A stretch of 64,000 nt of DNA, taken from assembly GCA_963845085.1 (NCBI GenBank), contig CAWJQI010000004.1:704001-768000 (forward strand), in the 5' to 3' direction. Position numbers and translations under genes: made by a program. The notes beneath the pieces are model-generated. The model made no database searches, was not told the DNA's origin, and saw only the letters and a program-made list of their open reading frames with translations. Within the stretch, counting starts at the first letter, position 1. Every line of letters begins with the position of its first letter. The DNA comes from Candidatus Fermentibacterota bacterium. GTDB taxonomy: Bacteria; Fermentibacterota; Fermentibacteria; Fermentibacterales; JCC-6. Shown here piece after piece: positions 20,115 through 29,814 of this stretch.

Positions 20115-21017
20115 ATGTTTTCGAAGCTGAGGTTGATCAGCCTGGCGCTGAGTCTGGCATTTCTTCTCACGGGGTGCGGAGAACAACCCGCACCGGTCAC
20201 CACCCCTGCAGATTCCACTGCGGTTACGGAAGAGCCTGTTGGGTATCCCCCGCGCGAACGGGTTGAAAGGCTTCTCATCGCAACCACGACAAGCCTGTAC
20301 GACACCGGGCTCTGGGCCTACATGGAGCCGATGTTCGAAGAGATGTACAACGTCGAGCTCGACATTCTCTATGCCGGAACGGGCAAAGCCCTGGAGTGGG
20401 GCATGAGGGGCGACGTTGATGTGATAGTCGTGCACGACCGCGCCCGCGAGGACCAGTTCATCGCAGACGGTTACGGTGTTTCCCGCACACCGTTCGCGTA
20501 CAACTTCTTCGTCATCGTCGGTCCCCCGGATGATCCCGCCGGCATCCGTGACATGGCGCCCGAGGCCGCCCTTGCCCTGCTCAGCACGAACATGACCACC
20601 CCCTTCATCTCGAGGGGCGACGAATCGGGCACGCACGCACAGGAACAGCGCCTCTGGGCTGCCGCCGGTCTTGATTATGAAACCGTGCGCACTTCCGGCG
20701 AGTGGTATGTCGAGGCTGCCGCGGGCATGGGCCCCACACTCAACATGGCCAACGAGATGAGGGCTTACGCCCTTGCCGACATCGCCACATTCCTCGCCTA
20801 CCAGGGTGACGTCGACCTCGAGATACTCATCGGCGAAGGCGACGTCATGCGCAATGTCTACGCGGTCATCCCTCTCAATACCGCAAGAAACCCGGAGATG
20901 GCCCAGAACATGGTCACCTTCCTGACATCCCCGGAGACCCAGGAACTCATCGGCACCTACGGCGTTGAGGCCTGGGGCAGGCAGCTCTTCACCCCCTGCG
21001 CGGGCGAAGACCTGTAG
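20115..21017 (+). CDS. tupA: Tungstate ABC transporter substrate-binding lipoprotein
   Basis: ATTTSLYDTGL (TTTS signature), GTGKALEWG, SRGDESGTH; lipobox LTGC. Confidence 0.93.
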   Translation: MFSKLRLISLALSLAFLLTGCGEQPAPVTTPADSTAVTEEPVGYPPRERVERLLIATTTSLYDTGLWAYMEPMFEEMYNVELDILYAGTGKALEWGMRGDVDVIVVHDRAREDQFIADGYGVSRTPFAYNFFVIVGPPDDPAGIRDMAPEAALALLSTNMTTPFISRGDESGTHAQEQRLWAAAGLDYETVRTSGEWYVEAAAGMGPTLNMANEMRAYALADIATFLAYQGDVDLEILIGEGDVMRNVYAVIPLNTARNPEMAQNMVTFLTSPETQELIGTYGVEAWGRQLFTPCAGEDL

Positions 21018-21021
21018 TCCG

Positions 21022-21714
21022 ATGGACAAGCTGGCGGAAGCATTTGTCATCGCCCTGAAGATGATCGCGACCGGAGACCCTCTGGTCATGGAGATCACCT
21101 TCCGGACCCTGGCGATCTCCGCCAGCGCCACCATCATCGCCTGCATCCTCTTCACCCCGCTGGGATGCTTCCTCCACTTTGCTCGCTTTCCCGGCAGGGG
21201 GTTCCTGATCGGTTTCATACAGGCCCTCTACAGCATGCCGACCGTCTTTGCAGGCCTGATAATTTTCCTGTTCCTTTCGAGAACCGGCCCTCTCGGAGGG
21301 CTCAGGCTTCTGTTCACACCGCGTGCCATAGTAATCGCCGAGGTCTTTCTCGTCGCGCCCGTAATTCTCGGTCTTGTCATATCGGCGTTGAAGGGCGTCG
21401 CGGGTGAGGCGGCCGACACCGTGCGGGCTCTGGGCGCGAGCCCGATCCAGACCGCCCGGGTGGTTCTTGTCGAAGCGAGGTTCGCAATCCTCTCCGCTTT
21501 TCTCATGGGCTTCGGAAGGGCCATTTCGGAGGTCGGAGCCGCCATGATGGTGGGCGGAAACATAGCGGGCAGGACCCGGACCCTCACCACCGCCATCTCA
21601 CTGGGCATCGGGAAAGGCGAAGTGGCCGAATCGATAGCTCTCGGAATCATTCTGATGACCCTGGCTCTTCTTGTAAGCCTGCTCGTCCACCTGGCCGGAA
21701 TGAGAAAGACATGA
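21022..21714 (+). CDS. tupB: Tungstate ABC transporter permease
   Basis: SRTGPLG, GFGRAISEVGAAMMVGGNIAGRTRTLTTAI. Confidence 0.93.
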   Translation: MDKLAEAFVIALKMIATGDPLVMEITFRTLAISASATIIACILFTPLGCFLHFARFPGRGFLIGFIQALYSMPTVFAGLIIFLFLSRTGPLGGLRLLFTPRAIVIAEVFLVAPVILGLVISALKGVAGEAADTVRALGASPIQTARVVLVEARFAILSAFLMGFGRAISEVGAAMMVGGNIAGRTRTLTTAISLGIGKGEVAESIALGIILMTLALLVSLLVHLAGMRKT

Positions 21715-22760
21715 GGATCGACCTGCAGGGCATCACGAAGACGGTTGGATCGAAGCGCATCCTTTCCGATCTTTCGTTCCGGGTCGATCAGGGGGATTTC
21801 TGCACCCTGATCGGACCTACCGGATGCGGCAAGACAACACTTCTTCGAATTGCGGAGCTGTTGGACAGACCCACGTCCGGAAGGGTTCTCATTGACGGTG
21901 AGGACTGCACCCGCTGTCATGGCCGTTCCCGGACGATGATGAGACGAAGGATGTCCATGGTCATGCAGCGCCCCTTCATGCTCACGGGAACGCTCGAACG
22001 GAACATTCGGTTCGGCCCTGGCGTAAGGGGAATTCCGGTAAGTGCTGCCGAGATCGGTGAGGTCCTCGATGCCACAGGACTTTCGGGAATGGGGCACCGG
22101 AATGCCCGAACCCTCTCCGGAGGGGAAATGCAGAAGGCGGCCATTGCCAGGGCCGTGATAACGAAGCCCGAACTCCTTCTGCTCGATGAACCCCTCAATT
22201 CCGTGGATCAGGGATTCAAGCCGGAGCTCAGGGCGCTTATCAGAAGGCTTCACAGGGAGATGGGAATGACGGTGCTCATGGCAACCCACGATCTTGCCGA
22301 TGCGCTTGCCCTTTCAAACCGCACAGTGGTTCTTTCGGAAGGCGCGCTCATGCAGGAGGGGGAGACCTCCGCAGTCTTCGGAAACCCTGCAAGCCTTTTT
22401 GTCGCCTCGTTCATCGGAATGAAGAACATCATCCCGGTGGAGTTCAACGGCGACAGCGCAAAGGCCGGCGAACTGGTGATCTTCCTTGCGGAGAGGGGCT
22501 CAGGCACAGGGTATGTCTGCATTCCCCCCGAGGTCATCACCCTGTCCCCTGAAAAACCTGACTCAAGCCAGAGGAATACTTTCACGGCTTCCGTGACCGA
22601 CATTGAGAGAAGCTCAATGTACGACACGATCCATCTTCTGGCTGGCGGCATACCCCTTCAATCCACGATCACGCGCCAGTCAACCGGGCACCTCGGGCTG
22701 CACGCAGGCTCTGCAGTCTGGGTTTCCTTCAAGGCCACCTCGGTCAAAATACTGGCCTGA
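21711..22760 (+). CDS. tupC: Tungstate ABC transporter ATPase with TOBE domain
   Basis: GPTGCGKTT, LSGGE, LLLDEP, C-terminal TOBE (STITRQS...VSFKATSV). Confidence 0.9.
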   Translation: MRIDLQGITKTVGSKRILSDLSFRVDQGDFCTLIGPTGCGKTTLLRIAELLDRPTSGRVLIDGEDCTRCHGRSRTMMRRRMSMVMQRPFMLTGTLERNIRFGPGVRGIPVSAAEIGEVLDATGLSGMGHRNARTLSGGEMQKAAIARAVITKPELLLLDEPLNSVDQGFKPELRALIRRLHREMGMTVLMATHDLADALALSNRTVVLSEGALMQEGETSAVFGNPASLFVASFIGMKNIIPVEFNGDSAKAGELVIFLAERGSGTGYVCIPPEVITLSPEKPDSSQRNTFTASVTDIERSSMYDTIHLLAGGIPLQSTITRQSTGHLGLHAGSAVWVSFKATSVKILA

Positions 22761-22784
22761 CCGGAAACCGGGCGCCCTGAAAGA

Positions 22785-23669
22785 TCAGCTCACGAGCATC
22801 GCCCGGGCCATCCTTCCATGAAGCCTTCCCACAAGACGTGCCAGGTGCAGCACTCCCATGAACATGACCGCGCCCGCAGCAACCACCGCCGGATACAGCC
22901 AGACGGGAATCCAGATTGCCCGGGGGTAGTCTATCACCGGTTCATGGAAGAGCAGCTCGATAACGGGCGAGACGATCATGCTGAGCGAAACGGCCGAAAG
23001 CGTCAGGAAGACCGAAAAGTACAGAGCTCCAAGGGGAAGCATCAACAGCATGTAGAGCACTGCGGACCAGGTGCTTCTCGTGGTGAAGACACCCCTGATG
23101 CTCCCCCACCAGCCATCGCCCTTTCTGATGAACACCGCTCTGCGCGGCATGCGGACCCCGAGCAGTGCCTCGACGATCCTTCCCTCAACGAGAGCAAGCC
23201 CGCGGAAGGAAAGGAAAAAAAGCCATGCCACGGGAACACCGATGATAAGTACGAGAAGGCTCAGGGAAAGCGACAGGCCGTTCGCCGTCCAGGTGAAGTA
23301 AAGAATGCCCGTCACCATGGAAATTATCATGTAAAGGAAAGCTGCCCAAGCGGAAGGTTCTGTTACAACCCCCGCGAACCTGTGCAGGCCGGATCTCCCC
23401 ATCCTTCTTTTCGAGCCTGAGAGCGAGGGAATGGTGTACGCCTCGACCTTCCTGTAGTTCTCAGCCACCTCTGCCGGGCTGCCGTAGCTTTCGATTACCT
23501 TCCTGAGCGCTTCCTCCGCAGTCATCGAGGGCTGCCCGGCCTTCATCTCCTCAAGCCCGCTGACAAGGTGGTCTTCGGCGTCGGCAAGGGCGTCCTGAAC
23601 CAGCGCCTTGTCTATTCCTGCAAGCCTGCTGCGGAAGTCATCAAGATATTGCTCTATACCCTTAACCAT
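22785..23669 (-). CDS. HAAS/sensor-domain membrane protein, PadR partner
   Basis: IEQYLDDFRSRL...YGSPAEVAE (HAAS-like) followed by 4 TM helices; overlaps the padR stop. Confidence 0.8.
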   Translation of the reverse strand: MVKGIEQYLDDFRSRLAGIDKALVQDALADAEDHLVSGLEEMKAGQPSMTAEEALRKVIESYGSPAEVAENYRKVEAYTIPSLSGSKRRMGRSGLHRFAGVVTEPSAWAAFLYMIISMVTGILYFTWTANGLSLSLSLLVLIIGVPVAWLFFLSFRGLALVEGRIVEALLGVRMPRRAVFIRKGDGWWGSIRGVFTTRSTWSAVLYMLLMLPLGALYFSVFLTLSAVSLSMIVSPVIELLFHEPVIDYPRAIWIPVWLYPAVVAAGAVMFMGVLHLARLVGRLHGRMARAMLVS

Positions 23670-24066
23670 TCCTCGGACCTCCCAGCAACCCGTCGACAAA
23701 GACGGTTGTTTCATTCCAGATGCCCGCCCATCGGGCAAGCGTTTCACGACCGCGGTCGGTTATGGCGTAATACCTTCTTGGAGGACCGGCAACGGAGGGC
23801 GTAACGGTGCTCGAAAGAAGCCCGGCATCCTCGAGCGACCTGAGCACGGGATAAAGGGCTCCATGCTTCACGATCCTCGAACCTTCACCCCGCTCCTCCA
23901 TCAGCTTGGCGATGCTGTAACCGTAGAGGGGCTCCGATGCCCCGTCCATTATCCCGAGGAGGGCAAGCGCAGTTATACCCGCACTGAGCTCTTTCCTGAA
24001 CTTCCTGTCCTCGGATGGAATTTCATCCTCCCCCGCCAACGCGAAGGCAATCCCTGCATCCATCAT
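23662..24066 (-). CDS. PadR-family regulator
   Basis: YGYSIAK, HGALYPVLRSLEDAGLL, PPRRYYAITDRG. Confidence 0.93.
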   Translation of the reverse strand: MMDAGIAFALAGEDEIPSEDRKFRKELSAGITALALLGIMDGASEPLYGYSIAKLMEERGEGSRIVKHGALYPVLRSLEDAGLLSSTVTPSVAGPPRRYYAITDRGRETLARWAGIWNETTVFVDGLLGGPRNG

Positions 24067-24101
24067 TCGACCCGTCCTTTCAGTATGGTCGTCGCAGGTG
24101 G

Positions 24102-24138
24102 ATACTACTGCTCACTTAATACTATGTCAAGGTTAGTA
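24102..24138 (-). promoter_or_regulatory. Sigma70 promoter of padR with overlapping inverted repeat
   Basis: Minus strand TTGACA (24125-24130), 17 nt, TAGTAT (24102-24107). TACTA-N9-TAGTA (24120-24138) straddles the -35 box. Confidence 0.6.
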
Positions 24139-24299
24139 CGTCCGCTCTGCGGGGCTCCCCGCCCTGATCCGGCCGACCGCACCGAAACCATTGACCGACT
24201 GACAATTCAGTGGTACACTATTCGCTGTGGGATCGAGTTCCTGTTTTTCCGGAGAGAATAAATCCTGAGTTCGCACTCGGGGAACGGGGGTTGATCACA

Positions 24300-25532
24300 A
24301 TGAGGACATGCATTCTGTTCATCTCGGCATCAACCGTTCTTTTTTCCGCACAAGTCCGGGCTTCCGACGGCGAGATCATCGGCTGGGGCGCAAACGGGTT
24401 CGGCCAGTGCACGGTTCCACTTCCCAATTCCGGTTTTGTCGCCATCTCGGCCGGCGAGAACTTCAGCCTTGCTCTCGATGCCGACGGATCGATCACCGCA
24501 TGGGGCAACGACGATGAAGGCCGCTGCAACGTTCCTCTGCCAAACCAGGATTTCGTGGCCATCTCGGCGGGTTATGCCCATGGCCTCGCGCTCAAGTCCA
24601 ATGGCTCCATCGTTGCCTGGGGGCTGAACACCTACGGGCAGTGCGACGTTCCCGAGCCAAACACCGGTTTCATTGCCGTGGCCGCAGGCGAACATCACAG
24701 CATGGGGCTGCGGGAGGACGGTTCGGTCGTTGTATGGGGGAGGAATCAGTTCGGGCAGTGCAATGTTCCTGAGCCAAACGATGACTTCATTGCCATCACT
24801 GCGGGTGTCTACCACTGCATCGGCCTCAGGGCCGACGGTTCGCTCACGGCATGGGGAGGCAACTACTGGGGCGAGTGCAACGTTCCGGAGCCAAACGATG
24901 ACTTCACTGCCGTTTCAGGAGGGTGGGGCCACAACCTCGGTCTGAAGAGCGACGGAGAGATCGTTGCCTGGGGGATGAACCATCTTGGACAGTGCAACGT
25001 GCCCGACAGCGGGCCCTTCGTTGCGATCTCGGCATCCAACAGCCACAGCCTCGGACTGACCGCGGACGGTGTGATCGCTGCGTGGGGAGCGGGCGGTCCG
25101 GGCCAGTCCGGCTATCCCCATTACGGACAGAGCATCGTGCCCGAACCGAACGAAGGCTTCAAGGCGATCGCAGCGGGCTGGTTCCACAGCCTCGGCCTTG
25201 TGGGTGAGTTCACGAACACTGATTCAGAGGCCATTCTGGTGACACCTCCCGACGGAATCACCATCATGGCGGTTGCTCCCAACCCCGCGAGTCCCACGAC
25301 CACGATCGGTTTCATGTCACCCGGCATCGCCGACATCGAGCTCGAAGTGTTCGACATCTCGGGCCGAATCGTCAGAACCGTCGAAGCGGGTGATGCTGCG
25401 CAGGGGCAGCATTCAGTCATGTGGGATGGCACTGGCAACCACGGGGAAGCACTTCCCGCCGGAGTCTACATGGTCAGGTTGACCGGAGGGGGGCAGCACT
25501 CGGATGCTTCACGGGTGATACTGGTCAGGTAG
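24300..25532 (+). CDS. Secreted RCC1-repeat beta-propeller protein with FlgD/Por-like CTD
   Basis: About 7 repeats of GxxxAWGxNxxGQCxVPxPNxxFxAIxAGxxH; APNP...FDISGRIV...WDG. Confidence 0.9.
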   Translation: MRTCILFISASTVLFSAQVRASDGEIIGWGANGFGQCTVPLPNSGFVAISAGENFSLALDADGSITAWGNDDEGRCNVPLPNQDFVAISAGYAHGLALKSNGSIVAWGLNTYGQCDVPEPNTGFIAVAAGEHHSMGLREDGSVVVWGRNQFGQCNVPEPNDDFIAITAGVYHCIGLRADGSLTAWGGNYWGECNVPEPNDDFTAVSGGWGHNLGLKSDGEIVAWGMNHLGQCNVPDSGPFVAISASNSHSLGLTADGVIAAWGAGGPGQSGYPHYGQSIVPEPNEGFKAIAAGWFHSLGLVGEFTNTDSEAILVTPPDGITIMAVAPNPASPTTTIGFMSPGIADIELEVFDISGRIVRTVEAGDAAQGQHSVMWDGTGNHGEALPAGVYMVRLTGGGQHSDASRVILVR

Positions 25533-25581
25533 CCCCCGATCATCCGACCGCCCTTCGACATGTGCGCCTTCGGCAGAACAG

Positions 25582-27393
25582 TCAGTTGATGATCACGAAA
25601 CGCCCGGTATCCTCGAATCCGTCCGTGAACATCCTGCAAATGTACACACCGGGTGCCAGCACGGTCGTGAGAAGCTGGTGGTATCCCGCGGTCACCGCAT
25701 CCTGCTCATGATCCCAGACGAGCCTGCCCGTGATGTCGAAGACCGCCATTCTCACCCGGGAGGCCGAGTCGAGATAGAAGTCAATCACGGGAGCGGACAG
25801 GGCGGGGTTCGGTGTGATGCCGAGCAGGGCGGACCGCTCCGGAACGGGTATGTAGCCCTCTGAAAGCCCGGTCGACACCCATGAAATCTCCACCCGCTCA
25901 AGGATGGGAGTATCACCCGGCCTGTCCGAATTGAGGAGCACCCTGTACTGCACGTATGATGAACTGTCCGCCAGGTGATCGCTCAGCCTGCAGGGTCCGG
26001 TCAGAACGACCGACCAATCGCCCATCGCCGTGTAGTCGTCAGAGGCCCTGACCTGGAATGCAACCATGGTGCCGGCAGGAGTCTCCGCCGTCCAGTCGAT
26101 CGTGCCCCACATCGGGTCGCAACCGGTGTAAAGAATGCTTGATTCCAGTGCTCCGATGCCCGGTGAACGATCCCACCATGCAACGGCGTCTCCCGTCATG
26201 GCAGCACCCACGGGATCGAGGTCGCCGTCGGAATCCATGTCGCCGGCACTCACTGCGAATGCACCGCCGAATGTGGTGCTCAGCAGGTTCTTGGTCCAGG
26301 TGCCTGCGTCGTTCAAATAAAGTATTACGGCATTTGTCGAGTTGGATGTGGCCAGAACATCACCGTCGCCATCGTTGTCGATGTCGCACCCGTGAACGCA
26401 CACCGCTCCATCGAGCGCTTCGTCAACGAAGTGTTTCTCGAACACGCCTGACCGGTTCTCCCACCAGACCACGGCGTCAGCCACCGCAGCCGCCCCGAAA
26501 AGGTCTAGGTCACCGTCGGCGTCGATGTCGAGCGAGTGAATGAAGTAAACTCCATCGAAATCAGTGTCTATGTCATGCCTGACCCAGCTGGCGCCCTGGG
26601 CGTCCGCATTTTCGAACCAGGCGACATCGTCGGCATAGAATGCGCCTGCGGCGATATCGAGGTCACCGTCGCCGTCGTAATCGCCCGGGCTTAACGTCCA
26701 TGAGCCGTCGAAGGAGGAGCCTGCGACATGCTGTTCCCACTCCTGGCCGAGCCCGTCAGTGTTTTCCCAGCAGACCACCTCGTCGCGCGACATGGATGCT
26801 CCGAAAATATCGATATCTCCGTCTCCATCAACATCACCGACGGCTGCCGCATGTGCGCCCGCGAAACCGCCGCTCACAAGATGGTACTCCCATCTGTCCC
26901 CGGCACCTTCCGTGTTTTCCCACCATGCAATGTCGTTGCCGCCGTACAGTGTCTTGCCCGCTCCGACGAGATCGGTGTCTCCGTCACCGTCGATGTCAGC
27001 GGCAACGATGCTGCACGCACCGGGAAAACCGTCGTCAACGAGGTGTTTCTCCCATGTCAAACCCAGGCTGTCACTGTTTTCCCACCAGGAGATCTCACCC
27101 GCCGTCAGCGCCGAGCCTGCAACGTCAATATCACCGTCTCCGTCGATATCGCACGGGAATACCGATGTGGCGCCGTCGAAATCGTCCTCGACGGAAAAAA
27201 AGGCAATTCCCGATGTCAGACTGATCCTGTCCGGGGTCGACCATTCGATATTCACGGAAGCGGAGAATGCCTGGCCGAAATCCCCAACCGGACCGAATAC
27301 CCTGGGACCGGCTGTCCAGTCATCCTGCTCGGCGGTCACAGCCCCTGCAACAGACACAATGCACAGCATGAACACAATCTTGATCCCTGACAT
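25582..27393 (-). CDS. Secreted FG-GAP/VCBS repeat protein with Por-like CTD
   Basis: Seven DxDGDGDxD repeats with WWEN/WFEN; TPNP...FDITGRLV. Confidence 0.9.
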   Translation of the reverse strand: MSGIKIVFMLCIVSVAGAVTAEQDDWTAGPRVFGPVGDFGQAFSASVNIEWSTPDRISLTSGIAFFSVEDDFDGATSVFPCDIDGDGDIDVAGSALTAGEISWWENSDSLGLTWEKHLVDDGFPGACSIVAADIDGDGDTDLVGAGKTLYGGNDIAWWENTEGAGDRWEYHLVSGGFAGAHAAAVGDVDGDGDIDIFGASMSRDEVVCWENTDGLGQEWEQHVAGSSFDGSWTLSPGDYDGDGDLDIAAGAFYADDVAWFENADAQGASWVRHDIDTDFDGVYFIHSLDIDADGDLDLFGAAAVADAVVWWENRSGVFEKHFVDEALDGAVCVHGCDIDNDGDGDVLATSNSTNAVILYLNDAGTWTKNLLSTTFGGAFAVSAGDMDSDGDLDPVGAAMTGDAVAWWDRSPGIGALESSILYTGCDPMWGTIDWTAETPAGTMVAFQVRASDDYTAMGDWSVVLTGPCRLSDHLADSSSYVQYRVLLNSDRPGDTPILERVEISWVSTGLSEGYIPVPERSALLGITPNPALSAPVIDFYLDSASRVRMAVFDITGRLVWDHEQDAVTAGYHQLLTTVLAPGVYICRMFTDGFEDTGRFVIIN

Positions 27394-27593
27394 ACCGCAC
27401 CTCCATTTTGCCTGATGCTCATTCATTCATGGAGTTGTGTCAATGGCACTTCCGTGATGCCGCCATGCAGTGGCGGCATCTGCCGGGGCAGTTTCTTGAC
27501 GCGTGCCGGCACGGGCGGTATGGTCAATTTTATGTTGCCATGAATGGTATTCGCCCGGCGTTCAAACCGGATCGGTTCAGGAAGGACAACTCA

Positions 27594-28184
27594 ATGAGAG
27601 CCCTGCCGGTTTCACTTCTGCTTGCCATCCTCACATCGGCCGTACCGGGTTATTCTGATGATTTACCGGGCGTCCCGGTCGAACTGCATGCCGCACCCCC
27701 CGAACTGATCATGGGAAGGGGGCTGATGAGCAGGGAGCGTCTCGTTGAATTCTTCATGGAGAACAACCCCGATGCCGATGAGGAAAGAGTCGCACTGCTC
27801 GCTTCCCTGTACATTGAGGAAGGCAATGCGGAGGGCGTAAACCCTGACGTTGCCTTCATCCAGATGTGCCTTGAGACAGGCTTTCTGCGCTTTGGCGGCC
27901 TCGTCACCCGTGACATGAACAATTTCTGCGGCCTCGGGGCGATCAGTGTTCAGCAGCCCGGCCTTTTCTTCCCGGACGAGCGAACCGGTGTGAGGGCCCA
28001 CGTGCAGCATTTGAAGGCGTACGGCTCAACTGAACCGCTGGTGGGTGAGCTTGTCGACCCCCGGTACCAGTATGTGAATCCGAAGGGAAAATCTCCGGAC
28101 ATACTGGGGCTATCGGGAACCTGGGCTGCCGACAGGCAGTACGGGGCAAAACTCGTTGAACTTCTGGAGCGGCTCTATCTCTGA
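27594..28184 (+). CDS. Glucosaminidase-domain (GH73-like) peptidoglycan hydrolase
   Basis: AFIQMCLETGFL, NNFCGLGA, GVRAHVQHLKAY, WAADRQYG. Confidence 0.88.
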   Translation: MRALPVSLLLAILTSAVPGYSDDLPGVPVELHAAPPELIMGRGLMSRERLVEFFMENNPDADEERVALLASLYIEEGNAEGVNPDVAFIQMCLETGFLRFGGLVTRDMNNFCGLGAISVQQPGLFFPDERTGVRAHVQHLKAYGSTEPLVGELVDPRYQYVNPKGKSPDILGLSGTWAADRQYGAKLVELLERLYL

Positions 28185-28409
28185 CAGTACTGTCAGCCAA
28201 TTCCATCGCCAGCCCTTTGCAGAAGTCACGGCGGGAACACAACAGCTTCCGGCCGGGTAGGAAGAATCATACCTCTCTTCACCAGCAGATTACATGTTGT
28301 GAAGGCTTCTTTCATTATGTGCTTTTCATTGACGTGCGCCATGAGCGCGATTAGAGTCCTGCAAATCATACCATTCGCTCCAACTGCTTGAATAGAAGGA
28401 CGGACGGGG

Positions 28410-29579
28410 TTGAAAAAGGCAGGCATTCATGGAGTTTTCCGTTTTGGTCTTTTCATGCTCTTTTCAGCATGCGGGGGTCCTGCAGACAGGAGTTCAGGGC
28501 AGCCCGCCGATTCATTGATCACCATAGCTCCGTCATTCATCATCGGGGAAGACTCATTCGAAGGCGACTACGCATTCGGAGCTATTTCGGATGCGGAATA
28601 TTTCCGTGACGGCAGAATCGCCGTTCTGGATCGAATACAATGCAGGGCATCGGTGTTCTCGGGAACCGGCAGTTTCCTCTACTCAATGGGTTGCAGGGGG
28701 GACGGTCCGGGCGAGTTCAACAACCCCGACTGCATGGTCTGCATGGGAGACAGCCTGGTGATCTTCGACAGGCGTGCCGGCAGGGTTTCGGTATTCGGCC
28801 CGTCCGGTGAATACCTTGGAGAGCTGACCACAGCGGCAAATACTACTGCCATACCCACATACTGCCGGTACACGGGCAATGGAATCATCGGGGGCACCAC
28901 CTCGGTTGATCCAGGTGACGGGAGCGTCCAGAATCTCGTCTACCTCGTTTCCATATACGACATGGAGCTGAACCCCGTTGACACTCTGCACGCCAACCAT
29001 TTCGCCTCCACGCCTGATGACATCTCACAAACAATACAGAACACATATTTTTCATGTTCCTTTGCAGCTGATCCCTTCGGCAATACCTTTGTTGCGCCCG
29101 TTTCCACCGATGATTACCTGGTGATCGGCATCGATGCCGACCGTGACACGCTGCTCACCATCCGGAGGAACTTCCCCCGCATTGAAAAGACCCGGGAAGA
29201 GCTTGCCGAAGAGGCGAGACGTTTCAGCAGCGTCCTGATGGCGCGCAATCCCGGCCTCATCGTCGAGTACGAACCGGTGGAGTTCAGGTACATGATCCCC
29301 CCGAACGGGCTTCATGTCGATTCAAGCCGGAGGATATGGGTGCTCAGGGGTGCAGGCGGCGAGCCGGTGTTCGATGTTTACGGCTACGACGGAGAAAAGC
29401 TTTTCTCAACAAGGATCACCGGCATCGATCCGGAGGAAACCGGCGGCCTGCTCTGGTGGATGGTTAGCGATCACGGCCTTATGGCCTTTTCCCTTGATCC
29501 CGTTGATTTCCCGAAAGTTTACGTGTTCGACCTGCCGGATCTCACTCCTGCCGGCAATTGCGAGAACCCGACCGAATGA
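28410..29579 (+). CDS. 6-bladed beta-propeller lipoprotein
   Basis: Lipobox FSAC, GDGPGEFNNP; paralog of 17250-18395. Confidence 0.8.
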   Translation: MKKAGIHGVFRFGLFMLFSACGGPADRSSGQPADSLITIAPSFIIGEDSFEGDYAFGAISDAEYFRDGRIAVLDRIQCRASVFSGTGSFLYSMGCRGDGPGEFNNPDCMVCMGDSLVIFDRRAGRVSVFGPSGEYLGELTTAANTTAIPTYCRYTGNGIIGGTTSVDPGDGSVQNLVYLVSIYDMELNPVDTLHANHFASTPDDISQTIQNTYFSCSFAADPFGNTFVAPVSTDDYLVIGIDADRDTLLTIRRNFPRIEKTREELAEEARRFSSVLMARNPGLIVEYEPVEFRYMIPPNGLHVDSSRRIWVLRGAGGEPVFDVYGYDGEKLFSTRITGIDPEETGGLLWWMVSDHGLMAFSLDPVDFPKVYVFDLPDLTPAGNCENPTE

Positions 29580-29595
29580 AACGGAGGTGAACGAG

Positions 29596-29733
29596 ATGAC
29601 AAGACTGGAAGCACTGGAAGCGGAGATGGTGAAACTCATCGAAAAGGAAGTTCCGGTGGAACCCGAAGTCGACGATGGCGGCCCGAAGTGCGGGGCTGTC
29701 GCCACCGCCGTCAATGTCGTCGGCATTCCCTGA
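29596..29733 (+). CDS. Putative RiPP precursor peptide (45 aa)
   Basis: GGAGGT RBS; acidic helical leader, DDGG, core PKCGAVATAVNVVGIP; directly upstream of the rSAM/SPASM gene. Confidence 0.7.
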   Translation: MTRLEALEAEMVKLIEKEVPVEPEVDDGGPKCGAVATAVNVVGIP

Positions 29734-29814
29734 GTTTGCACGACTGATGAGGCTCGTCGGCCTGGCCGGAATGAGGTTCCGACCAGGCCGACCAATGACG
29801 ATCCGGAGTGAACC

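Noticed and set aside
20037..21218. Long antisense ORFs (this 393-aa one and similar ones opposite the RND, sulfatase and FG-GAP genes)
   Set aside because: Shadow ORFs of GC-rich coding strands with no recognisable motifs.
27456..27480. Perfect 10-bp inverted repeat GATGCCGCCA-N5-TGGCGGCATC between divergent genes
   Set aside because: Single copy, no U-tract and no assignable function.
29744..29775. CTGATGAG resembling a hammerhead ribozyme core
   Set aside because: The required GAAA after stem II is absent (GGAAT), and no convincing stems I and III are present.
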